Shown in pieces: positions 24,358-32,000 of a stretch of DNA of 32,000 bases (positions are counted from its first letter, which is position 1; the number at the start of each line of letters is the position of its first letter). The notes under the pieces were generated by a model. It had not been told where the DNA came from, made no database searches, and saw only the letters and a program-made list of their open reading frames with translations. The translations under genes were made by a program, and so were the position numbers. This DNA is from Nitrosococcus oceani ATCC 19707 (GTDB lineage Bacteria; Pseudomonadota; Gammaproteobacteria; Nitrosococcales; Nitrosococcaceae). The stretch lies in NCBI RefSeq assembly GCF_000012805.1, contig NC_007484.1, positions 600,001-632,000 of the forward strand, in the 5' to 3' direction.

Positions 24358-25107
24358 CTAAGCAGCCGCTAGCCAAATGAGTGTTGCCATGCGCCCTGTT
24401 ATCCCCTCCCGCCGATAGGAATAGAAACGGTCCGGATCAGCAACGGTGCAGTATTGGCCGCCATAAATAGATCGGACTCCTCGCTTTGTTAGACTGAGGC
24501 GCGCAAGTTGGTAAATGTCCGCTAACCAGTGTCCTGGGCGGTTAGCGTTGAAAGCCAGGGCATGGTCATCATTCTGGTCTAAAAAGGTTTGTTTCACTTC
24601 GGGGCCAACTTCAAAAGCTTGGGGACCAATGGCTGGTCCCAGCCAGGCCAGCAAATGTTCTCCAGGAATGTCCAAAGCGTTAATTGTGGCTCCAATAATA
24701 TCTGCCGCCAGCCCCCGCCAACCTGCATGCACCGCCGCCACCCGGGTTCCCTTCTGGTCGCAGAGCAGCAGTGGGAGACAATCGGCAGTGAGTATGGCGC
24801 ATACAGGGCCGGGTCCATAGGCAATACTGGCATCGCCTTGTTGCCCCGGACCATAATTCGCAGAGACGATTCTTGCGCCATGGACCTGCTTTAACCAGCT
24901 TGGCTCGCAGGGCAAAGAGAGGAACTGGTAAAGGTGAAAGCGGTTTTTTTTAACCGCTTCCGGTGTATCCCCCACGTGTTCAGCAAGATTAAATGAATGA
25001 TAGGGAGGGAGACTGACTCCACCGCTGCGGGTTGTGGTATAGGCACGGACATTGGCTGGGGCGGGCCAGTGAGGAATGATGGTTAGAGGATGTACCGTAT
25101 TTTCCAT
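24358..25107 (-). CDS. pgeF: Peptidoglycan editing factor PgeF (YfiH / laccase-domain family)
   Basis: 249 aa with ..TTRSGGVS..PY.SFNL..HVGD....V..NR.., the ADC motif (LTADCLPLLL), and HAGWRGLA. Confidence 0.85.
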   Translation of the reverse strand: MENTVHPLTIIPHWPAPANVRAYTTTRSGGVSLPPYHSFNLAEHVGDTPEAVKKNRFHLYQFLSLPCEPSWLKQVHGARIVSANYGPGQQGDASIAYGPGPVCAILTADCLPLLLCDQKGTRVAAVHAGWRGLAADIIGATINALDIPGEHLLAWLGPAIGPQAFEVGPEVKQTFLDQNDDHALAFNANRPGHWLADIYQLARLSLTKRGVRSIYGGQYCTVADPDRFYSYRREGITGRMATLIWLAAA

Positions 25108-25310
25108 CTATTATTTATATCACTTTGCCTTGAGATAAGCTTTTGGAGGTCGCCGTTCTCGCCTAGAGCCTGTTTATCTTTCCCAGGTAGTTTCAAAGAT
25201 GCTGAGTTTTGGGTAAATTTTAGGTACTCATTTTTAAGGTTCTCGAAAATAGCAATAAGCTAACCAAGTGTTACTCCTACAATTAATGGTTCCTGCAATT
25301 GAGTTAGCCT

Positions 25311-25895
25311 TTAGATCCCAATATCTTCGTCTAATTCTCGATTTTCAATAGTATGCACCGGCGCTTTATCGCTACATTGGGGGCGACTGGTGAAGATGCG
25401 GGTGACATCGATTAGTCCCAGGTGTTCGATGGTGCGCCGACCAAGCAGGACAGGGTAAGTCAGATCACTGCGGTCATTTAAAGTAAATTGCTCCTCGTAA
25501 ATTTCACCTCCTAGGCAAAGCTTCATTAGCACGGAGGGCCGGCGATCACTTTCACCGTTCGAGCTGGTAATTGTCACGAAACGGTAGACCGGTTCTTCAA
25601 ATATTTCCTGAACTTTCTCTTTCTGGTCCTTTTGATCTTCGATTTCTACTGTGAAGCGTACCCATTTGGCATTATCCCGTTGAAAATATTCTAAGTTAGT
25701 GGCGTGGAGCGAGGAGCTAAGCGCACCGGTATCCATTTTGACCTTGGCGACTACAGGCCAGTTTATAAATTTAGCCAGTTCGAGCCACCCAAATATAGGC
25801 GGCTCCTCTTTCTCCTGGGCTGAAGCACTAGCGTTAAGTATCAGAGAAAGGGCAAGCGCAATCGGGGTAAATTGACGCAAGTGACGCAAGAGCAT
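25311..25895 (-). CDS. DUF785 / putative ATP-dependent zinc protease (retropepsin-like) family protein
   Basis: Signal peptide, then FGWLELAKF.....VAKVKMDTGALSSSLHATNLEYFQRDNAKWVRFTV, typical of PF05618 proteins. Confidence 0.65.
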   Translation of the reverse strand: MLLRHLRQFTPIALALSLILNASASAQEKEEPPIFGWLELAKFINWPVVAKVKMDTGALSSSLHATNLEYFQRDNAKWVRFTVEIEDQKDQKEKVQEIFEEPVYRFVTITSSNGESDRRPSVLMKLCLGGEIYEEQFTLNDRSDLTYPVLLGRRTIEHLGLIDVTRIFTSRPQCSDKAPVHTIENRELDEDIGI

Positions 25896-26355
25896 TTATT
25901 TCTCCTTAGGTATCCGGGGATTTTAGAATTCAGCAAAGTATATAGCTGGCTCTTTTTTATTCAAGCCTTGGAGCAGTCTATTTAGTGTAGGCGGCTCTAT
26001 CAAGAACCGCTGAAGCCTGCTGTCCTTTAGGGAGAAAGCAGTTTAGCTTTTATGTTGGGGGTAGCAGGATGCGTGTTGCCAAAGGGAGACATGGCGCCAG
26101 ATCAATCCTCCTTCTTAGGGCATTGATCCCTAAGGTTTTATCTCTCTGAGGGGGAATTCCTTAAGTTGGCAGGGAGCCTGAAATTCAACTCGGGCTCTCC
26201 TTCTTCACTCTGTTCTATTATTTCATCTTGTCGATAGCGTGCGCGGTTCTTTTATGGGATTACACCGACAAGCTTAAGGAAATACTGCTCGAATACTCAT
26301 CTCCTCCATTTCAAGCCAGTCACGCCTACCAGGTTGGTGATGGAATCGATGCCCC

Positions 26356-27189
26356 TTAACCTCGCGCACCGGAAATATAGGCAGCCGTTAATTCATGGCT
26401 CGGTGTCTCGAATAAATGCTGACACTGGCCAAATTCGATCAGCTTGCCGACTCGCTCGGTCATCCAGAAGAAGCCCGCATAGTTGGCGACACGGCGGGCC
26501 TGGGCCAGATTGTGGGTGACAATCACCACTGTATAACGACCGCGTAGGCGCAAAATCAGCTCTTCTACCACCCCGGATGAGATGGGGTCGAGGGCGCTGC
26601 ACGGCTCGTCCATTAACAGAATTTCAGGTTCCAGTACGAGCGCACGTGCAATGCAAAGTCGTTGTTGCTGGCCACCCGACAGGACCAGGGCAGATATGCC
26701 TAGGCGGTCCGACACCTCATCCCAGAGCCCCACATCCTTGAGCGCCTGCTCGATCTTGCGGTAGCGCGTTTGACGATCGCGTACACCGTGTTCTTTCAAC
26801 GGCAGTTCCAGGTTGCGCCATATGGACAAAGGAAAAGGATTGGGTCGCTGAAAAATCATGCCAATGCGGCGTCTGAGCCTGAGTGTGTCCACCGGATCGC
26901 ATAACAAGTCTTGGCCGTCAAACAGAATCCGCCCGTTGACACGCGCTCGCTCATGGTGGTCCGTGAGCCGGTTCAGGGTGGAGAGAAAACTGGTCTTGCC
27001 GCAGCCGGAAGGACCGATCAAGGCGGTGATGCAGCCCTTGTAAATATCGAGCGATACTTGGGATAATACTGTTATCTCGCCATAACTAACAGCAAGATCC
27101 CGTACCCGCAACAAGGCTTTGGGCACGCAACAGGGTGTTCCCTGTTCGATTTCCCCTAAAGTATAGGGAGTTGTTTCTTGTCGGCTCAT
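26356..27189 (-). CDS. pstB: Phosphate ABC transporter ATP-binding protein
   Basis: Walker A GPSGCGKTS, signature LSGGQQQRLCIARAL, Walker B LLMDEP, and the PstB-typical FQRPNPFP. The start is taken at 27189 (ATGA overlap with the pstA stop). Confidence 0.9.
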   Translation of the reverse strand: MSRQETTPYTLGEIEQGTPCCVPKALLRVRDLAVSYGEITVLSQVSLDIYKGCITALIGPSGCGKTSFLSTLNRLTDHHERARVNGRILFDGQDLLCDPVDTLRLRRRIGMIFQRPNPFPLSIWRNLELPLKEHGVRDRQTRYRKIEQALKDVGLWDEVSDRLGISALVLSGGQQQRLCIARALVLEPEILLMDEPCSALDPISSGVVEELILRLRGRYTVVIVTHNLAQARRVANYAGFFWMTERVGKLIEFGQCQHLFETPSHELTAAYISGARG

Positions 27190-28019
27190 GATACGACCAA
27201 CCTCCGTTTGAACCATTTATCTACCAAACTTTGCGCCAGCGTGTTGAGTGTAATAATCAGGATCACCAGCACCAATGCTGAGGCGTAAGCCGCACCATCA
27301 CCGCCGGTCACATTCATGGATAAATCGTAGATATGCACTGCCAAGGCCCGGCCGGAATCCAGCAGTGATTCCGGCATCCGATCGACATAACCGCTGGTAA
27401 ATAATAGTGCTGCCGTTTCTGCGGTGGCACGACCAATGCCCAGGATCAAACCCGCCATAATCGCGGGACGGGCCGCCGGCAACAGGATGTACCAAATCGC
27501 GGCACTACGGGTCATACCGAGCGCCAGCGCGCCCCGCCGCCAGTCGTCATTGACAGCCCGCAAACCCGATTCACAGGTACGCACGAATACCGGCAGGATC
27601 ATGCAGGCTAGGGTCAGCCCACCGGATAGCAGAGAGAACCCTAACCCAAGATAGATACTGAAAAATGCATTGCCAAACAAGCCATAGACGATGGAAGGCA
27701 CCCCGGCCAGGATATCCAGTGTAATACCGGTGCCGTCGGCAAAACGGCTGTTTCTGGGAGCGAGTTCCGACAGCCAGATCGCCACGCCCAGGCCCAACGG
27801 TAAGGACACGGCTAGGGCAAGCAGCAGTATCCACAGGGTAGAAACCAGAATTGGACCGATACCACCGGCGCGGCCAGCATCGGCAGGTTCCGCGAACAAG
27901 AAAGACCAGGAAAAATGGGTAAGCCCCTCAATCACTACGTCGCCCAACACCCAGACCAATGATGCAACTACCAGTGCGGCGCAGCCAAACATCAACCAGG
28001 CAAACAAACGATCAGCCAT
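27186..28019 (-). CDS. pstA: Phosphate ABC transporter permease PstA
   Basis: 277-aa polytopic membrane protein with the EAA-type loop (LGMTRSAAIWYILLPAARPAIM), positioned between pstC and pstB. Confidence 0.85.
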   Translation of the reverse strand: MADRLFAWLMFGCAALVVASLVWVLGDVVIEGLTHFSWSFLFAEPADAGRAGGIGPILVSTLWILLLALAVSLPLGLGVAIWLSELAPRNSRFADGTGITLDILAGVPSIVYGLFGNAFFSIYLGLGFSLLSGGLTLACMILPVFVRTCESGLRAVNDDWRRGALALGMTRSAAIWYILLPAARPAIMAGLILGIGRATAETAALLFTSGYVDRMPESLLDSGRALAVHIYDLSMNVTGGDGAAYASALVLVILIITLNTLAQSLVDKWFKRRLVVS

Positions 28020-28911
28020 GATGACCTGCCTCTCTGCGATGGCGGTTCACGCGGTGCGCACCCCAGGAGAGGAACCACACCAGTAAAGTCAGTAATAATC
28101 CCGACGTAAACAGGCTGGCGCGGTGATCGTCCATGGCATAGGCCATCTCCAGGGCAATATTGGCGGTGAGCACGCGCACGGGTTCAAACAGACCAGTAGG
28201 AATTTGGACGACATTGCCCGCCACCATCAGTACCGCCATGGTTTCACCCAGGGCTCTTGCTGTGGCGAGCAGCGCACCACCGGTGATGCCGGACCGGGCG
28301 GCTGGAAGCATAATATGGAGGATCTGTGTTTTGCGGCGCAAGCCCAGCGCCACGCTACCGGCCAGCAGGTCTTTGGGAACACTGGCGAGTGCCGAGGTGC
28401 TGGTCAGGGTAATCGTTGGCAGTATCATCAATGACAGCACCAGTAGCGCCGCTAGCAGTGAGGCACCCGGTGGTTGCCATTGGGTAATAAGGGGTACGAG
28501 GCGTGTCAATCCCCACAGGCCAAACACCACCGAGGGAATGCCGGCCAGCACGTTGAGCAGCAGGCGAAAGACTCGGGCAATATGAGCGACCGCATAAAAC
28601 TCCAGAAAAATCGCACTGGCCAGACCAATGGGTAATGCCACCACGATTGCGCCCAGGGTGACTGCCAGCGAAGCCAGGATCATTGGCAACATACCAAACT
28701 TGCCTTCAAGGGGATACCAACCTTGACTCTGGAACAGACCGAGCGAAGCTCCATCACGCCAACTACTCATGAGAAACGGCCAGGCCTCGGTGACTAAAAA
28801 CAGCACAATGAGTGCTAACAGCAGCGCAGCACCGCCGGATAGCAGGGTTAGCACTACGCTTAATCGGTGATCAGCCCGATTGTTGATGCTTTTGATTCCC
28901 ATGCTCACCAC
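28012..28911 (-). CDS. pstC: Phosphate ABC transporter permease PstC
   Basis: 299-aa polytopic membrane protein (ALGLRRKTQILHIMLPAARSGITGG loop). It has an 8-nt overlap with pstA. Confidence 0.85.
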   Translation of the reverse strand: MVSMGIKSINNRADHRLSVVLTLLSGGAALLLALIVLFLVTEAWPFLMSSWRDGASLGLFQSQGWYPLEGKFGMLPMILASLAVTLGAIVVALPIGLASAIFLEFYAVAHIARVFRLLLNVLAGIPSVVFGLWGLTRLVPLITQWQPPGASLLAALLVLSLMILPTITLTSTSALASVPKDLLAGSVALGLRRKTQILHIMLPAARSGITGGALLATARALGETMAVLMVAGNVVQIPTGLFEPVRVLTANIALEMAYAMDDHRASLFTSGLLLTLLVWFLSWGAHRVNRHRREAGHHG

Positions 28912-28920
28912 ACCATTTCA

Positions 28921-29727
28921 TCACGGTGCGACAAAAAACTGCGCTTCAACGAGGTTTTTCACCTCGGCCGACTGGGCAAAGGCAATGAAATCCTTAACCA
29001 GTCCGGAGCGCGTCTTTTTTATCACCAGGTTTAGCGGGCGTGACAGGGGGTAACCGCCTTTTGCCACAGCCTCGACCGTAGCAGGTTGGCCCGCCATGGG
29101 CAGTAATTTGATAGGCGTCCCACGATCTTCTTCGTATTCGGCGGTACCGATGGATACATAGCCGATCGCTCCCGGGTTTCCTGATACCGTCTTGATGCCT
29201 TGCTGGTTGTCCCCGACTACCACGTGGGCCTTGATCTGGCTGTTCTTTAGCGCAAAGTAGTGCAGGAATAATTCCAGTGTCGAGCGTCCCTCGGCCTTGT
29301 TGACCACGGTGATCGGCAGGTCTGGGCCACCGACCTGTTTCCAGTGGGTAATTTTGCCGATGTAGATGTCGATAATCTGAGTATTACTCAGTGTGTTCAC
29401 GGCATTGCTCTTATGGAGGATGAGGCCAATACCGTCCATGGCGATGAGGAAAGCGGAGAGATCCTGCTCGGTGGGTTTCAATGCCCGCGACACCATGCCG
29501 ATGTCTGCCAAGCCCATTCGTGCATCGTTAATACCTCGCGATGAACCGCCCATCTGGACATCGATGCGGACACCGGGATGCTTTGATTCAAATCGTTTGG
29601 CAATTTCCGAAGCTAATGGGGCTACCGTGCTTGACCCCGTCAAAGTGAGCCGGTTGTCCGCCGCCTGGGAAAGCAACGCGGCGGTCAAAGTGAAGGATAA
29701 TAAAAGCGTTTTTAACAGTACCCGCAT
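28921..29727 (-). CDS. pstS: Phosphate-binding periplasmic protein (PstS / PhoT family)
   Basis: 268 aa with a signal peptide, LTGSSTVAPL, GGSSRGI and SRALK motifs of the short PstS family. Confidence 0.8.
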   Translation of the reverse strand: MRVLLKTLLLSFTLTAALLSQAADNRLTLTGSSTVAPLASEIAKRFESKHPGVRIDVQMGGSSRGINDARMGLADIGMVSRALKPTEQDLSAFLIAMDGIGLILHKSNAVNTLSNTQIIDIYIGKITHWKQVGGPDLPITVVNKAEGRSTLELFLHYFALKNSQIKAHVVVGDNQQGIKTVSGNPGAIGYVSIGTAEYEEDRGTPIKLLPMAGQPATVEAVAKGGYPLSRPLNLVIKKTRSGLVKDFIAFAQSAEVKNLVEAQFFVAP

Positions 29728-30260
29728 CAGGACAATTTTCTCATGGCATCGCAGATGGACTCACGAGAGTTAGTCACCGACAAGGTGCCGACCAGTGCTT
29801 GCACACGCGAGTTGATTGTCTCGAAACAGCGGGCGAAGGCTTCCCGCTCCTGCTGGATATTGTCAGATGAGCCCGCCGGATCGGGAAGTCCCCAGTGAAC
29901 ATGTTCGTAATCACCGGCAAAGGTCGGGCAAACTTCTGAAGCCGCGTTGTCACACACTGTCAGCACCAAATCCAATTGTGGTGCATCGGGTTTTGTGAAC
30001 TCATCCCAGCTCTTGCTGCGCAAAACCCTGTCCTCGGGCAGGCTCAACCGGCTGATCTGTTCCAGCGCCAAAGGGTTTACCTTGCCTGTTGGGCAACTGC
30101 CCGCACTGAACCCCTCAAACAACGGCGCGCCCACCGTATTGAAGATGGCCTCGGCCATAATGGAGCGCGCGGAATTACCGGTGCAGAGTACTAGAACTCG
30201 CAGGCGCGATGTGGTTGCAGCGTGTTGGGTCGTGCTATTCATGGATTTTGCTAACAGCAT
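29727..30260 (-). CDS. arsC: Arsenate reductase, LMW-PTPase (thioredoxin-coupled) type
   Basis: [17 protein letters not shown] (C-x5-R P-loop) and downstream Cys residues ([11 protein letters not shown]). The start at 30260 is preferred (AGAGG SD upstream); 30242 is the alternative. Confidence 0.8.
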   Translation of the reverse strand: MLLAKSMNSTTQHAATTSRLRVLVLCTGNSARSIMAEAIFNTVGAPLFEGFSAGSCPTGKVNPLALEQISRLSLPEDRVLRSKSWDEFTKPDAPQLDLVLTVCDNAASEVCPTFAGDYEHVHWGLPDPAGSSDNIQQEREAFARCFETINSRVQALVGTLSVTNSRESICDAMRKLS

Positions 30261-31291
30261 GGGATTGCCTCTGTCGTTCCTGCCACAGTGTCGAATGGCA
30301 TCACTGAACCACAGCCTTCGAACAGACCAAAATGTCGTTTGAAATCGCCGATAAACTGAAAATGCCCAGCAAATCGTGTCTCGTGCAGCATGCGCCAGGT
30401 GTTGCCGCACACTGGAAATACCCGACCTGCCGCAATGGCGTGATGCTTATCCAATACGAATTGGTGTGGGCTGTGGGGAATCGTGCCCTGATAAATAACC
30501 GCCTGGCCGTAATCCTCACAGGCGCTTTCCAGCCCATCTAGTTTGAATAAACGGTAAGTTGCCGAGAAAAACTGCAGATTGCCGGTTTGTTGAGCCAGAT
30601 TCCTGTCAGTCACCTCAAGGGATCGATCCTCGACCAGCCGTGGATCGGCAAAACCCGCGGCATTGGCCAGACGCAGAAAGTCGTTCCAGTACAAGGCGCC
30701 ACCCAGACATTCACCATACAATACCGAATTGTTGCGCACGGCATCCGGCACACGGCGGTCGGAGTAGACATCCGAGAAATAGAGTTCACCGCCGGGTTTC
30801 AGAAGGCGGTGCACGCCATCCAATACCGCCGCTTTATCCGGTGACAGGTTTACCACGCAGTTGGAGACAATGACATCAAAGGAGCCGGGTTCCAGGTCCA
30901 GTTCATCGAGTTTTTCAATATACCCTTTGATAAAGCTCACGTTATCAAAACCGAAGGATTCGGTATGCCAACCCTGATGGGATTGAGCCACCGCCAGTTG
31001 TTCATCAGTCATATCCACGCCGACAACTTTGCCCTCAGGACCAACCAGCTGTGCCAGGGCATACACATCGCGACCCGACCCACAGCCCAGATCCAGCACT
31101 CGGCATCCTTTCAATAAGGGTGGACAAATCAGCCCGCAGCCATAGTAGCGAAATTGAATCTCCGGATGAATCCGCGCCAGTAGAGGCTTCAGCCAATCAG
31201 GCATAGCGCTGGCATCGCAGCAAGCAGTGGTTTTGAGATCGGCGGAACTTTGCAGCTGCTTACCGTAATAATCTTGAACGACGTCGTGCAT
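30251..31291 (-). CDS. arsM: Arsenite S-adenosylmethionine methyltransferase
   Basis: [20 protein letters not shown]... and [13 protein letters not shown] (SAM motif I), plus a Cys-rich N-terminus and C-terminus typical of ArsM/AS3MT. GGAG SD lies before the ATG at 31291. Confidence 0.8.
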   Translation of the reverse strand: MHDVVQDYYGKQLQSSADLKTTACCDASAMPDWLKPLLARIHPEIQFRYYGCGLICPPLLKGCRVLDLGCGSGRDVYALAQLVGPEGKVVGVDMTDEQLAVAQSHQGWHTESFGFDNVSFIKGYIEKLDELDLEPGSFDVIVSNCVVNLSPDKAAVLDGVHRLLKPGGELYFSDVYSDRRVPDAVRNNSVLYGECLGGALYWNDFLRLANAAGFADPRLVEDRSLEVTDRNLAQQTGNLQFFSATYRLFKLDGLESACEDYGQAVIYQGTIPHSPHQFVLDKHHAIAAGRVFPVCGNTWRMLHETRFAGHFQFIGDFKRHFGLFEGCGSVMPFDTVAGTTEAIPCC

Positions 31292-31420
31292 GATAAAAAA
31301 CTCCAATCAGGATGACTTGACTTTTGGAACCCGTTTAGATTTGCCTATTGCAGATACGCTTTGCCTCCAGGCGAATTGCCGAATCCGCTTAAAATCCAGA
31401 TGATCTCCCTCGTCCTTCCC

Positions 31421-31678
31421 CTAATAGGCTGCCTGAATAATGCCATTTCTATCTACCAGAAAATTCGCTGGCATGGTGTTCATGTATCCACCAGTAGTGA
31501 TGGGCAAATACCCCTTGCCAAACACAGCATAGAGCAGTGACGGCAAGCGAGGCAACATACCTTTTAGCAGGCCACATCAGGAGTGACGAATGGCATAGCA
31601 TCCGTGAATAATCCCCCCTTCATCAGCCAAAATCGGAAAATGAGCATCATGACGCTGAGCGTAGCGCTGTAATTCAGC
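31421..31678 (-). pseudogene. Remnant of a thioredoxin-fold redoxin (AhpC/TSA/TlpA-like), C-terminal part only, frame-broken
   Basis: Minus-strand frames read AELQRYAQRHDAHFPILADEGGIIHGCYAI..* and then, in another frame, ..MPANFLVDRNGIIQAAY*. These resemble the F.iL.D...Y and P..FlvDr.G.I motifs. No N-terminal CxxC part is present. Confidence 0.4.
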
Positions 31679-32000
31679 TCAGCTAATGGCTGTGAAACGT
31701 GGCGCCCAGTTTTCAGGCAAATACTGCAAATCCTGTGGTTCGTCGATGTCATGCAAAGGTGCCAGTTGCTTGAACGTCCAACATTCCGCCAGCATTCGCT
31801 GCCGCGTCAGCCGTGCGACGGCGGTGGAACTCCAGGGCATGTCGCTGAATACCTCGGGAAGGTGCCGATTCAAGCCCAGCAGGGCATAACCACCATCACT
31901 TACTGGTACCATACAGGCATCGTGGCGCTCCAGCGCTTGCGCTGCTTCACGCAGCTTTTTTGCATTCAGGCTGGGGCAATCAGTGCCGATCAAAATAATT
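31679..32000 (-). CDS. DUF2064 / TIGR04282-type (arsenosugar-biosynthesis-associated) glycosyltransferase-like protein, C-terminal part (partial)
   Basis: IGTDCPSLNAKKLREAAQAL..HDACMVPVSDGGYALLGL......VFSDMPWSSTAVARLT matches the IG.D.P...DGGY.L.G...W.T pattern. It extends beyond the right edge. Confidence 0.65.
   Translation of the reverse strand, partial: IILIGTDCPSLNAKKLREAAQALERHDACMVPVSDGGYALLGLNRHLPEVFSDMPWSSTAVARLTRQRMLAECWTFKQLAPLHDIDEPQDLQYLPENWAPRFTAIS

Noticed and set aside
26114-26134. Hairpin CTTAGGG-cattgat-CCCTAAG in the ORF-free region downstream of pstB, considered as a possible terminator.
   Set aside because: The T-run follows it on the + strand only, while the adjacent operon is on the - strand. 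It is too weak to call.

Overview
This window looks like a gammaproteobacterial chromosome; no taxon can be verified from sequence alone. There are three parts.

(1) 1-8919 is housekeeping and LPS-core genes: the polA 5' end, a LOG-family protein, DUF2782, speA, speE, an ELM1-like protein, GT4 and GT9 glycosyltransferases, and an O-antigen-ligase-like protein.

(2) About 8920-21316 is an accessory insertion that splits the LPS-core cluster. Its core, about 9471-21011, has the architecture of an integron gene-cassette array, but no integrase gene is visible, so it is CALIN-like. About 13 same-strand cassettes are each bounded by an imperfect-palindrome attC-like site (RYYYAAC ... GTTRRRY), and ORF stop codons often sit inside the 5' box.

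The cargo is dominated by nuclease and defence-like genes: a GIY-YIG protein, a 473-aa protein with an N-terminal PD-(D/E)xK domain, a GmrSD-like DUF262/DUF1524 protein, a small PD-(D/E)xK protein, and a standalone reverse transcriptase with a structured leader. It also carries three toxin-antitoxin pairs, a VOC/glyoxalase protein and several unknowns. Four cassette genes are disrupted: two clear frameshifts, one probable frameshift or deletion, and one in-frame TAG in the RT.

Four cassette junctions carry a longer site with a conserved 96-nt module that ends in ATT instead of the canonical GTT.

(3) 21317-32000 resumes the LPS genes (GT9, GT4, GT9), followed by pgeF, a DUF785 protease, and a tightly coupled minus-strand arsM-arsC-pstSCAB operon next to a DUF2064 (arsenosugar-type) gene.

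All family calls come from motif recognition by eye. No searches were run.
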